Below are positions 28,774-39,070 of a stretch of 64,000 bases of DNA, piece by piece; position 1 is the stretch's first letter, and each line of letters opens with the position of its first letter. The stretch spans positions 288,001-352,000 of the forward strand of contig CAXRHT010000002.1 in the NCBI GenBank assembly GCA_964230645.1, given 5' to 3'. This DNA comes from Bdellovibrionales bacterium (GTDB lineage Bacteria; Bdellovibrionota; Bdellovibrionia; Bdellovibrionales; JAGQZY01). Both the position numbers and the translations under genes were made by a program. The notes beneath the pieces are model-generated. The model ran no database searches. It was not told the DNA's origin and saw only the letters and a program-made list of their open reading frames with translations.

Positions 28774-29781
28774 ATGCTTGAATTTGTCCTGAATATCGCA
28801 GAATTCGCCCTTCAGAGCCTAGTGATTGTGGTGGCTCTACTCATCATCATCGCCTTTATTGCCTCTTTAGTAAGCAAAGGGAAGCAAGACTCGGAACTCA
28901 AAGTTAAAAATTTCAACAAAAAACTTAAGGACCATAGGCTGGCTCTTGAGAAACACACCCTTGATAAAAAGGCCTTTAAAAAGAAACTCAAAGAAAAAAA
29001 GGCCGATAAAAAAATGTCTGGATCCAAAAAGTCTCTTTTTGTTTTGGATTTCAATGGAGATATAAAAGCTTCAGCGGTTGAGCATTTGCGCAGTGAAATC
29101 TCCGCCGTATTAAGTGTTGCTGGGCCCAATGATGAAGTCATGGTGAAAGTGGAAAGCCCGGGTGGAATGGTTCACGGTTATGGGCTTGCTGCCAGTCAGC
29201 TACAAAGGATAAAAGATAAGTCGATTCCCTTAACGATCTGTGTGGACAAAGTGGCTGCAAGCGGTGGTTACATGATGGCCTCAATCGCTGACAAGATTAT
29301 CTCAGCGCCCTTTGCCATCATTGGTTCCATTGGGGTTGTGGCGTCAGTACCCAACGTTCACAAAGTTCTTAAGAAAAATGATGTGGACTATTTAGAAATC
29401 ACAGCCGGTGAGTTCAAACGCACTCTCACTCCACTGGGGGAAATCACCGACCAGAAAATGAATAAATTCAAAGAGCAGATTGAACAAGTTCACGAACTTT
29501 TCAAAAAGCATGTTATCACGCAAAGACCCCAACTCGATCTCTCTAAAGTGGCCACAGGAGAGTACTGGTACGGGGAGCAAGCCAAAGAGCTCCTGCTTGT
29601 CGATGAGATCGGTACGAGTGACGAGTTCATGATGAAACAAGCCGAGGATTTTGAAATTTTAGAGGTGACCTTTTCAGGCAAAAAGTCTCTGAAAGAAAAG
29701 CTTAGTGAGAATATGTCTTATCAGCTTGAGGCCCTGAGTACTAAGGCCGCCTCCCTTATTTGGAAGAGTCAGTACCGCTAA
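28774..29781 (+). CDS. sohB: S49 family protease SohB
   Basis: ATG 28774 with GGAG RBS; FNGDIKAS, ESPGGMVHGYGLAASQL, DKVAASGGYMMA, TAGEFKRT. Confidence 0.93.
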   Translation: MLEFVLNIAEFALQSLVIVVALLIIIAFIASLVSKGKQDSELKVKNFNKKLKDHRLALEKHTLDKKAFKKKLKEKKADKKMSGSKKSLFVLDFNGDIKASAVEHLRSEISAVLSVAGPNDEVMVKVESPGGMVHGYGLAASQLQRIKDKSIPLTICVDKVAASGGYMMASIADKIISAPFAIIGSIGVVASVPNVHKVLKKNDVDYLEITAGEFKRTLTPLGEITDQKMNKFKEQIEQVHELFKKHVITQRPQLDLSKVATGEYWYGEQAKELLLVDEIGTSDEFMMKQAEDFEILEVTFSGKKSLKEKLSENMSYQLEALSTKAASLIWKSQYR

Positions 29782-29935
29782 ACAACAGACTCGTAAGTAT
29801 TAATAAACTCTTAGCTTTCCACCTTTCTCCGTCGAAGGTCCAGATGTTCCCACAGCCTCTTATGAGGCCCTTGCTATCATATTTTAACACACCCATAATC
29901 AAACCATGGCTAAGCTCACCGAGGAACTTTTTTAG

Positions 29936-31081
29936 ATGGAGAAAATCCTCTATGTCTCCCCTTTTTCAAACTTCGGCAGTGCTGAGACTTTTCTCAATCA
30001 AACTTATCGTTACAAGAGCTCCGACTTCGAAAACCACTACCTTCTCTTTCAAACCGGCCCCTTAGGACAACAGCTTGAACAACAGGGAGCCAAAGTTTTT
30101 TATCTCGGAAATGTACCCGATATAAAAAGAGGAAAAGACCGCGCACAGGTTGCAAAAAAAATTAAACAACTCGTCAATGAGCATAACTATAAATTGGTGC
30201 ATTCGACCACAGCCGTAGGAGCTCTCTTCACTGCTCGCACCTGCAAGATGATGGGAGTTTACCATGTTTGGTTTCAACATGGACCGGTGGAAGGCTGGAA
30301 AGATCGTATGGCGGCCATTCTCCCCCATCAAGGACTGATCGTTAATTCTCACTACACAGCGCAAAGACAAAGAGCGCTTGAAAATCCTTTGCGCTTTTTT
30401 ATTCCCAGAAAAATTCCCATTGAAAAGATTTTGATGGGCACCGATACAGTGGATCACTCAAAAGAAGAGATAAAGACTTACCGAGCCCAACTCTCCGACA
30501 CCTACCAATTTCCCGAGACTCATAAAATAATCGCGATGATTTGTCGTATAGAAAAACAAAAAGGCATTCATGTTTTACTCCAAAGTCTCCAGCAACTCAG
30601 CTCTATGAACATGACCGAAGGCTATCAGGTCTTAATCTGGGGAGATCCGCGCGAACAAGACTACCTTGATGATTTAAAGAAACAAATCAAAGATGAGAAC
30701 CTCCCCGTCACTCTCGCGGGCCGATGTGAGTCTCCTTCATTGGCTCTGAGTGCTTCTGATATTGTGGTCAATGCCTCAACCAGCCCAGAGTCCTTTGGGC
30801 TTACAGTGATTGAAGGAATGATGGCAGCCACCGTTCCCGTGGTTCCCAATGAAGGTGGCCCTGTGGAAGTGGTCTCCAATGGCAAAAACGGTATGGTCTT
30901 TCAAGCTCGGGACTCGGTTTCGCTGGCTAAAAATTTAAAGATATTACTGGAAGATAACGATTTTCGCGAAAAACTCTCCCAGCAAGCCCAGGAAACGGCG
31001 ATTAACAAATTCACCGCCGCTCGAGCCATTGGACATTTGGAAAGCTTTCATCAAAGAATTATCGTAAACAAAGGAAAGTAA
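29936..31081 (+). CDS. GT4-family glycosyltransferase
   Basis: GSAE, RIEKQKG, PESFGLTVIEGM (E-x7-E). Confidence 0.9.
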   Translation: MEKILYVSPFSNFGSAETFLNQTYRYKSSDFENHYLLFQTGPLGQQLEQQGAKVFYLGNVPDIKRGKDRAQVAKKIKQLVNEHNYKLVHSTTAVGALFTARTCKMMGVYHVWFQHGPVEGWKDRMAAILPHQGLIVNSHYTAQRQRALENPLRFFIPRKIPIEKILMGTDTVDHSKEEIKTYRAQLSDTYQFPETHKIIAMICRIEKQKGIHVLLQSLQQLSSMNMTEGYQVLIWGDPREQDYLDDLKKQIKDENLPVTLAGRCESPSLALSASDIVVNASTSPESFGLTVIEGMMAATVPVVPNEGGPVEVVSNGKNGMVFQARDSVSLAKNLKILLEDNDFREKLSQQAQETAINKFTAARAIGHLESFHQRIIVNKGK

Positions 31082-31093
31082 GTCTTTGCCTTT

Positions 31094-33211
31094 TTATTCT
31101 TCAATTTTTCTTAAGCGAAACTCTGGGCCCAGAATTGCCGCACGGACCATATCAATAAGCCGACCCTCATTATCAAGATTATTATAAATGCGGTCTAAGC
31201 GACACCCGTCAGTTTGTGTGTCGACGGGTCGATTGTAGGCGTAATGCATAAACTTTTTAGCAAAACAGGCTCTAACCGCCGTATTTTCTGAGAGCTGTTG
31301 GCTAAGTTCAATGGCGTTAGCAGCCTCGGCACCCGCACCCAGAACATCAGAGAGATCCACCTGTGAATTAACATCGACATAGGCATCCACGGAATTCTGA
31401 GTCTCATTAAAAATAGGCTCCTGATCTATAAAGCGCCCAAAAGCATCGTAGTTGGAAAAACCAAACCCAAGGGGGTTGATTAGATTATGACAGCCCACAC
31501 AAGCCGCTCCTGAAGTTTTAATCCCCACTTTTTCGCGTGTTGATAGTATGTGCGGAGTCTCTACGGCATTGAACTGATCCAGAGCGTCTGCTGGAGGGCT
31601 ACCAAGATCCATACATAAGATATCTTTTCTCAAATGAGCTCCCCTTAAAATGGGATTGGTGAACTCAGACCCGGAGACTAAAAAAGGGCCTCTTGTTAAA
31701 ATTCCACCACGCTCACCGGCCGGAAAACGAACAGCATTACTTTCGGTCACCTGCATGGGGGCGGCCCGGGAAACACCGTAAACATTCATTAAGTTCTGAT
31801 TTCTTGCAAAAGAAACATTACTGGTAAATAGGTCCTCAAAGCTTCCCCGACTGGAAACAGTATAGGCACCTAGCTCTTCAACATCGTTTATCATGGCTCG
31901 TCTTAAAGAGGTGTTAAACTGGATATTAGGTGCTACTAAATTAAAGCGAGGATTCACATTGAAAGTCGGCATTCCCTCTAAATGGAGCCAATTATTAAAA
32001 AACTCGGCCATGGAATCACTCAACTTATCTTCCTGGGACAACACATAATTTACCGCCGCGTTGAAAGCGCCATCCTCATAAAGGTTTGTGCTCTCGGCCA
32101 TTTCCCAGAGAGTGTTATCAGGAAGCGTGTTCCAGAAACGGTAGCTAAGCCTTGAGGCCACCGCAAATGAGGTCAATTGATGTATATTTTGCCCCATATT
32201 GGTAGGTGCCACAAGATCCTGATCTTCAATTTGAAAGAGAAAATGAGGAGCCATAAAAACTCGAAATACTATTTTATTAACGGCTTCAGTATCGGAACCG
32301 TTGTTGAATTCACTATAGTACTGAGCGAGTTCGTCAATGGCTGCACCACTACTATCCGTTAAGTTGAGCGCTCCCTCTCTTATGGGGCGCCTGAACGCAC
32401 GACTAACAAAGTTTCTTACCCATTGATTTTTACACACTTGGGAGAGGTTATTTGGATTCGGGTTTGAGCAAGCGCCCGGATTAAGATTAATAAAATTTGC
32501 AATCAGACTATTATAGTGAGTTGAGGAAAGTTCTTCGGCCAATTCGTGGGCAATGGAAAAATAGGCACTACCATGTTGACCATTAAAAACATTGTTCTCT
32601 CGATCAAACTGATCAGACATATCACTTGGAACAGGGTTGGCGTTCAATGTAGCATCCACAAGTCCAATAGCGGCTTGGCTATTAATACCAAGAGAGAGCA
32701 AATCAATAAGAGTGTTTTCGTACTGTCTTGCACTTAACCTTTTTGCATTTTTTCCCGGTAGATCTTCAGGCTGAATGTCCCCACTCAAGCACTCAAAAGG
32801 TGAAGAGCCAGAAGGCATATTCACAACCCAACCGTAGAGCACCTGATAGTCTTCTTCAGAAAGGGGGCCTCCTCCTAGAGGCATCGTATTGTTTGAGCCT
32901 GAGCCTTCGGTAAAATTTTGCAACCGAGAGATAAGACTTGAGCGGTGAGGTTTACCAGGACTAACAAGACCGGCTTCCACGTATTGACCCGCATGACTAA
33001 ATTCAAAGGAGGTGGCGGAACCTCCCGCTTTGTGACACCCCACACAGTTTTGGTTAATGACCGCCTGAACTTTTGGAAACATATCCGAGTTCAATCCACT
33101 GCCAAGTCCTATACTATCTTGCGCTGATTGAAATTCACCACAACCATTCATGGCAAAAATCCATGCAAATAAGCTAATGAAAAATATCACTGATAAATTT
33201 CGCGTACTCAT
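31094..33211 (-). CDS. DUF1592/DUF1588-type (PSD) protein with N-terminal planctomycete-type cytochrome c domain, lipoprotein
   Basis: Lipobox MNGC; CVGCH...MP...W; RLSARQYENTLIDL; RAFRRP; ASRLSYRFWNTLPD; RGGILT; PILRG; second CVGCH..INPLGF.F.NYDAFGR. Confidence 0.88.
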   Translation of the reverse strand: MSTRNLSVIFFISLFAWIFAMNGCGEFQSAQDSIGLGSGLNSDMFPKVQAVINQNCVGCHKAGGSATSFEFSHAGQYVEAGLVSPGKPHRSSLISRLQNFTEGSGSNNTMPLGGGPLSEEDYQVLYGWVVNMPSGSSPFECLSGDIQPEDLPGKNAKRLSARQYENTLIDLLSLGINSQAAIGLVDATLNANPVPSDMSDQFDRENNVFNGQHGSAYFSIAHELAEELSSTHYNSLIANFINLNPGACSNPNPNNLSQVCKNQWVRNFVSRAFRRPIREGALNLTDSSGAAIDELAQYYSEFNNGSDTEAVNKIVFRVFMAPHFLFQIEDQDLVAPTNMGQNIHQLTSFAVASRLSYRFWNTLPDNTLWEMAESTNLYEDGAFNAAVNYVLSQEDKLSDSMAEFFNNWLHLEGMPTFNVNPRFNLVAPNIQFNTSLRRAMINDVEELGAYTVSSRGSFEDLFTSNVSFARNQNLMNVYGVSRAAPMQVTESNAVRFPAGERGGILTRGPFLVSGSEFTNPILRGAHLRKDILCMDLGSPPADALDQFNAVETPHILSTREKVGIKTSGAACVGCHNLINPLGFGFSNYDAFGRFIDQEPIFNETQNSVDAYVDVNSQVDLSDVLGAGAEAANAIELSQQLSENTAVRACFAKKFMHYAYNRPVDTQTDGCRLDRIYNNLDNEGRLIDMVRAAILGPEFRLRKIEE

Positions 33212-34887
33212 TAGGAGCTCCGTGGTGGAAATGGAAGGGGGTCTTTATAAAAATGATAGTTGTAACGTGAGTATTCCTGGTTATACATATCGTTGTTACT
33301 ACCCCAGCCGCCTCCTGCATTTTGAGAACCAATGTGACCATAACCACCGATTCGAGAAATTCCGTTATTATGACTTCCTAAACGAGAATCAGTCCTCGCC
33401 TGGAAAAAACGATTAATCTCAGGATCTTCGTAATCACTTGGATTAAGCCCTAAGGCTCTGAGAATTGTTGTTAATGACCGATTGTAATGAGCTCCATAGT
33501 AAATGTGACCAAAGCGATCATTGTTGGGATCACGGCTAAAGTTATCACCGGCAAATCGAGGGTGTGGCCCTAAATTGCGGCGAGTGTAATCAATATGATG
33601 ACCTGTGGTTAGAGCCCCTCCGGCACTACCGATGAGTAAACATGGCTTATTAAAATCACTGTGAACTGTTGAGTTTTCTAGCGAGTAGTGCACGATCGAA
33701 TTATCGAGAATGGTCATCCCATTGGCCTCAACCGTTCCATCCAAAGCTGTTAAAAGAGGCGCTAGAAATTCACTCACAAAAATACCTTGAATATCCGCCA
33801 TATACTGGTGATTGGGAATATTGTTGTAAACAACCGACCAAGGTTGATGGCTATGCCCCTGATGGAAATCTTCGGAAGGGTGACGATCAAAATGCCCGCT
33901 CATAATATAACTAAAATCAAAAACCCGGTGAATATCGCAGGCCGCAGCCGCCGCATAAATTTGCGCGTACATATTATAAGCATAGCCGTGACTTTCGGGA
34001 TTGTAGTAATAAGAATTAGGGACACCGTCATTGCGAGCTCGGTCCGTGTTAATTTCACTGTAACTGCAGCCTTGGGTCGTTTGTGTAATGCCAAGACTTT
34101 TTTGAGTGTCTGAAATAATATCCATGACGTTGTTAAGAATTTGCCTATCAGTAGAACTGATTTTACGACCATTGACCACTTTGCGATAATCTTCAATCAC
34201 TGCTGAGAGAATATCTCTTCGAGGATGTTGTACCGTAGTACTTGAGCCATTTTCTGGCACGGGAACACCATTAGGATTAAAAAGAGCGTTAAATAAACGA
34301 TCAGGCTTGATCCAATCGCGACTGGCCGCTCGGCTAACATTGCCATCCGCACCCCTAACGTAAGAGCGATTGTTACCCACATTTAAGGGATCGTTCACAT
34401 GAGGGGTAAATCGTCGATTGGAAGCAAGTACTTGATCTATTGTTGGCAAGGCTTTTAAGTTCACAACCTGATTGTCATGTCCATCTGTGGCTTGAATATT
34501 TCCAAGAATATGACCACGACCGTGAGCGATACGAGAATGAAGATTGAGTCCTCTTAGAACATTCATTTTATCTAGGAAAGGATTGAGATCTCGGTTCAAA
34601 ACGCGAGAGAGCTGGTTTCTTCCCCCTGAAAGGTAAGATCTTAAACTTTGATAACGAATACTATGATCGCCATTGCCGGGATTGTAGGTTTGACTCGGCT
34701 GTTCTAAGGAGGGATGCCAATGACTGTGATGCCCGTAACCATAAGAGCCAATCAAACTAAAATAGCGTTTGATCGTCTGAGTCTGCCCCCAAGCACTGCG
34801 CGGAAGTAGAGAGGTCAACAAGGGAATGGGAAGCATTGCTCCACCGGACCCATACAAAAACATTCTTCGACTAAATTTTTTACCCAT
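33211..34887 (-). CDS. DUF1552-family Tat-exported protein
   Basis: SRRMFLYGSGG twin-arginine signal, TIDQVLA, FHQGHSH, EANGMTILDNS, GSAGGALTTG; TAATG overlap with the DUF1592 gene. Confidence 0.82.
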   Translation of the reverse strand: MGKKFSRRMFLYGSGGAMLPIPLLTSLLPRSAWGQTQTIKRYFSLIGSYGYGHHSHWHPSLEQPSQTYNPGNGDHSIRYQSLRSYLSGGRNQLSRVLNRDLNPFLDKMNVLRGLNLHSRIAHGRGHILGNIQATDGHDNQVVNLKALPTIDQVLASNRRFTPHVNDPLNVGNNRSYVRGADGNVSRAASRDWIKPDRLFNALFNPNGVPVPENGSSTTVQHPRRDILSAVIEDYRKVVNGRKISSTDRQILNNVMDIISDTQKSLGITQTTQGCSYSEINTDRARNDGVPNSYYYNPESHGYAYNMYAQIYAAAAACDIHRVFDFSYIMSGHFDRHPSEDFHQGHSHQPWSVVYNNIPNHQYMADIQGIFVSEFLAPLLTALDGTVEANGMTILDNSIVHYSLENSTVHSDFNKPCLLIGSAGGALTTGHHIDYTRRNLGPHPRFAGDNFSRDPNNDRFGHIYYGAHYNRSLTTILRALGLNPSDYEDPEINRFFQARTDSRLGSHNNGISRIGGYGHIGSQNAGGGWGSNNDMYNQEYSRYNYHFYKDPLPFPPRSS

Positions 34888-35240
34888 AACACCAACCCAT
34901 ACTCTTAAGAATGCAAATCGGCGGCCGAGTCAGATATGTTTAATTTCTATTTGAACGTATATAAAATTGCCATGTTGAATTTTTTTACAGTTTTTTAATG
35001 TTCTAATTTGAGACCATTTACTGTGTGGTACTATTTGTGATTTCCTCACCATTCCCCCCTGTTCAGCAATTTTTTTACTGAACAATTTTTTAACAGTGAT
35101 CAACAAGGAATGTCGCTTGGTCTTTCTATCCCCCTATCTTGAAGTAAAAAGGCTTCTAAACCTCTGATATTGGATCTCAGAGCCCATTCTTTAGGAGAAT
35201 TAGGACTTCTTCTGGCGTAAAGCTTGCATCTCATTATGAT

Positions 35241-38200
35241 ATGCTTCGTTTTCTAGTCTTACTTTTTATTGGGATGAGTCTGTCACCACAAGCTTTTGCT
35301 CAACCCATCGACACTCACCTGGATCTTCCCCAGGGCCGTGTGCGCTACCAAGAAGCTCACCCCAGAGAAGTCAGACTTCAAAATGTCACAGTCAATGGGC
35401 GCACCCACACAGTTAAAGCCTATGGAACCATGTACATCTCGTTTATGGCCTCAATGATCGCCACCGAACTGGCTTACTGTAACCACCACCTTGTTCCCTT
35501 TATTGCTAACAACGAAGAGACTCCCAACTGTCGCGACGAACTCTTACAAATGCTTCTTGATCCGGGGATGAACCTTGGAATCATTGCCATGACCTTTACC
35601 TCCCTTGAGTTTTACCGCAGGGGAGATCGAGTTTTAAAGCGCTTTTTGAATCAGCTTTTGACAGAGAGAAACTCAAACGGAACCTTTGCCACAGGACGTA
35701 CGAGAAAGGCCTTACGCCTTTCGCAAACTCTTTCACGCACCCTCCTCCAACACCTTTCCATGGGAGCGGGAATGATGGTGCAAACTTCTATTGCATCCTC
35801 TTGGAACGCACCAAAAATGCGAGAATGCTTTGCCACCATAAAAAATGGCGTCAAGCAAAGCCTCAGTCGAAACTCCATCAATACCAACGAAGAATTACAA
35901 CAAGCAGAAAATGCCGAAGATATCGTTTCCACTGCAGTGGATGAGCAAATGGAGTCAAGTCCTTGTGAACAGGCAAAGGAACACTACTTTGATGCGGAAC
36001 GAGGAACACTCTCGGAGCTTGCCGTGACGATCATGTCTCTTGGAGCCTCCACTCTAATCTCGGGAACTATGGTCACCGGTCTTCGTTTTATTGGTATTGC
36101 CATGCTTGGCATGAGCCCTGTGGGAATGGGTGTCACTGGAGGCCTGATTGTCGCAAACTTTTCTATCGAAATGATTGATCGAATTCTTGAGCCATATATT
36201 CGCGCCTTTTACCATGCCTGGAATTCAAGACGATTGATGAAAAATGCTTTTGCCAATCTCGTCGAACCTCTCGATTTATACTCCGGGGATCAAAAACTTA
36301 TAAGGCAGCAAGAGTACGAGGTATGCACCAGAGGGGGCCCGCAGTTTACTTGCTATGAGAGCGAAACAAGATCGCGCACCCACTTCCCCCTCCTCGATGC
36401 CCTCGATGACTATAAGTACGCCCTAGACTATCGGCGCGAGGCCAAGCTCAACCGATTTATTGAAAATCACGGGCGTTGGGAATCAAAGGTTTCCACCATG
36501 CTCTCGGTCTTTAGTCAATTTCAAGATCTAATGAGAAAGCTTTATGAAATACGGGAACAAGTGGCTCAACCACAAAGTCTTGATACCTACTATAACTTCT
36601 ATCAGCCGATTACCTATGTGGAAGATCTCGATTTTAACACCGAACTTGATTTACCCACTGGAGGCAGTCAATTCAACGCCCGTCAACTTAGTGCCATTTA
36701 TGAAATTCTTAACGAGTTCCGCTCTCAAATATCTCTAAACTATTATGACCAAAATCGCATGCTTCGACTGTTATTTGAAGAACTGCATGTGCGTCTCCAC
36801 CAGAATGATTCTGAAAAAATCTTCCTCACCCTTTGGCGCTTAAAAAACATGGTGGCTGATCTTAAAGCGCGCGCTAATATAATGTCCACCCACATCCAAA
36901 CGGGTGTCGACTTCAGTCAAAGTGATTTTGAAAGAATTGAATCCGTGATTACCAACCTCTTCACATCTTTTACTCCGCAAACTCTGCAAGCCTTTTTATT
37001 GTTCGAATCGGCTCAACTCCCCGTTCTGGAGGAAATTTATCCAGAAGAAGAGACCCCTGATCCGAACTCCCCCGGGGTACAGAACCAGTTGAGGCGGGGC
37101 GTGATGATGACCTCTGAACCCATTAAATCTCTGCTTGAAATGAACAAAGACGACAATGTTCCCTTCTATGAAAATCAACGGCATTTTTTAAGAGAGCAAG
37201 TCTCTTTACCTTTTCTTCCCGATAATTCCGAGGGGGGTGTAAAATATGGTATTGAGGCCAAAACAGTGCCTTCAAGAATAGTCACCCATTTGGTGTGTGG
37301 TGATTTTAACGACACCCGATTTTATTACAATGATGGGCGTAATGACACCCTCAGCTTTCCCAATATCTTAGCTGAACCGGATAAAATGGACTGTGATTAC
37401 AAAAACGAACACTATGGAATTTGGGATCAAACCCAAATTCCTGAGGATGTTTTTATGATTAATCCTCTTAATCAGGAAATACGCAAGTTCCTGAGTGATG
37501 AAAGCAACCATCGCATTTACAGTTTTGATGGGCGCGAACATTTAGGGCTGCTTTCGGTGTTAGTTGATCCTCGGGTTGAGCTTCGCTGGGAGAATTTTCA
37601 GGATTTTTCTACCTACTGGAATGAAACCATGGGCCCGACTCTTTTGCGATATCTCTTGAGAGTCCGCCAGGAGTACTACGTAACTCTTGATGACTATTTT
37701 AACATCAGCACTCAGTGCGATAACTTTGAAAACTCTTTACTAAGATCGAACTGCCAATTTTGGCGCTCGGAAGTGGATATTACGACTCCCATCAGCGAAA
37801 ATGAAGTCGACCAAAGAGCGCAAGCCTTTCGAGCCAGTCGTGAATCCGACGAATCCTACTATTCTATGGTGGGAGTGGCCGAGTCTTTTGCAGAAGAGGC
37901 AAGAACCTATGCCTATATTAGTCGCAGGCTTTTTGGTGCAGAGGATGAGCTCACAGCCTTCCTCAATACCTATATTCCAGCCATCAATGAGATGGTGCAC
38001 TTCCTTGATATTTCCAGACGTGATTTGCAATTTGATATCAGTGAACTCAGTGATAGTGAAGTGAATGCAAGACTCAGTAGTGACCCAGCCATCGAGGTGA
38101 TTGGGCAGCAGAATTTTGAAAATTTTATATCCTCCTACCAAAATATATACGCTCACCTTATGCAGGCGAAAAATCAGTGGCCAGCGGTGAGTGGCGAAAA

Positions 38201-38360
38201 CCCGAGCGAGGAGCAACTGGAGACTCTCTCAGAGCTTGAAAGTCAAAATAGAATCAAAGGTGAATTGATTACAAATCTGGAACAAAGTTTGCAATTCACT
38301 GTAGAAACATTATTAGAGAAGTATATTGGTGGAGACCGTATTATCTACCTAGAAAATTAA
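35241..38360 (+). CDS. Large secreted hypothetical protein (1039 aa)
   Basis: Signal peptide ending AFA; Gly-rich hydrophobic segments near residues 260-305; scattered Cys pairs. Confidence 0.75.
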   Translation: MLRFLVLLFIGMSLSPQAFAQPIDTHLDLPQGRVRYQEAHPREVRLQNVTVNGRTHTVKAYGTMYISFMASMIATELAYCNHHLVPFIANNEETPNCRDELLQMLLDPGMNLGIIAMTFTSLEFYRRGDRVLKRFLNQLLTERNSNGTFATGRTRKALRLSQTLSRTLLQHLSMGAGMMVQTSIASSWNAPKMRECFATIKNGVKQSLSRNSINTNEELQQAENAEDIVSTAVDEQMESSPCEQAKEHYFDAERGTLSELAVTIMSLGASTLISGTMVTGLRFIGIAMLGMSPVGMGVTGGLIVANFSIEMIDRILEPYIRAFYHAWNSRRLMKNAFANLVEPLDLYSGDQKLIRQQEYEVCTRGGPQFTCYESETRSRTHFPLLDALDDYKYALDYRREAKLNRFIENHGRWESKVSTMLSVFSQFQDLMRKLYEIREQVAQPQSLDTYYNFYQPITYVEDLDFNTELDLPTGGSQFNARQLSAIYEILNEFRSQISLNYYDQNRMLRLLFEELHVRLHQNDSEKIFLTLWRLKNMVADLKARANIMSTHIQTGVDFSQSDFERIESVITNLFTSFTPQTLQAFLLFESAQLPVLEEIYPEEETPDPNSPGVQNQLRRGVMMTSEPIKSLLEMNKDDNVPFYENQRHFLREQVSLPFLPDNSEGGVKYGIEAKTVPSRIVTHLVCGDFNDTRFYYNDGRNDTLSFPNILAEPDKMDCDYKNEHYGIWDQTQIPEDVFMINPLNQEIRKFLSDESNHRIYSFDGREHLGLLSVLVDPRVELRWENFQDFSTYWNETMGPTLLRYLLRVRQEYYVTLDDYFNISTQCDNFENSLLRSNCQFWRSEVDITTPISENEVDQRAQAFRASRESDESYYSMVGVAESFAEEARTYAYISRRLFGAEDELTAFLNTYIPAINEMVHFLDISRRDLQFDISELSDSEVNARLSSDPAIEVIGQQNFENFISSYQNIYAHLMQAKNQWPAVSGENPSEEQLETLSELESQNRIKGELITNLEQSLQFTVETLLEKYIGGDRIIYLEN

Positions 38361-38392
38361 CACTTATTTTGTGGAAGAAGAAGGAGACATAA

Positions 38393-39007
38393 ATGACGCT
38401 CAAAAATAAGGCCCTTGCAACAATCGCTGTAACTTTACTAGTTGCAACCCCTGGATGGACCACACCCCGCCCTGATGGTAACGGACAAGCTCAGGCTGTC
38501 AACGTTCACAATGGTGAGCAGGTGTCTCAAGCTCTAGCCTCCTCAGGCCTTGATGTGCAAAACGTGGATGGAGCCAGGCTATATGAGGCCATGCAGACTG
38601 GAAAGATCTCTCAGGAGGCTTTACAGAGGTTTCTTGATCCGAGTCTGAGTGACGAGTATAAACCCCTTGCTTCCCAGATCATTCAAGCCACCGTCAATCT
38701 TGAAGCCGGTCTCAACACCACCCGTTTCTCAACTCCAAGTAGTGAGGGTGGAAGCAATATCCAAGACTCTCTTGGAAGAATCACTGAACTTACAATCCAA
38801 AAAATGAATGGACAACAAACGGAAATTAGCACGGCAAAAATGATGGCCGTTTCAGAAGTCATCAATACCTACGCTCAAAGTGCTAAGTCAGAAGTGGATG
38901 CTGACACAGCTAAAACAAGTGCTCGCGAAATTCTTAATCGTGGCAACGACGAGCCGGTAGTAACCCCAGAGCAAGACCCTTTCGATGTGATCAAAAACTG
39001 TCGCTAA
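38393..39007 (+). CDS. Secreted hypothetical protein
   Basis: AAGGAG RBS, signal peptide; 32 bp after the 1039-aa gene. Confidence 0.75.
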   Translation: MTLKNKALATIAVTLLVATPGWTTPRPDGNGQAQAVNVHNGEQVSQALASSGLDVQNVDGARLYEAMQTGKISQEALQRFLDPSLSDEYKPLASQIIQATVNLEAGLNTTRFSTPSSEGGSNIQDSLGRITELTIQKMNGQQTEISTAKMMAVSEVINTYAQSAKSEVDADTAKTSAREILNRGNDEPVVTPEQDPFDVIKNCR

Positions 39008-39024
39008 TTATTTTTGCTACAATT

Positions 39025-39070
39025 AAAAAAAAGCAAGACCGAATTCCATCAAGGATTCGGTCTTTTTTTT
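39025..39070. terminator. Bidirectional intrinsic terminator
   Basis: AAGACCGAAT...ATTCGGTCTT stem with A and T tails between convergent genes. Confidence 0.75.
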
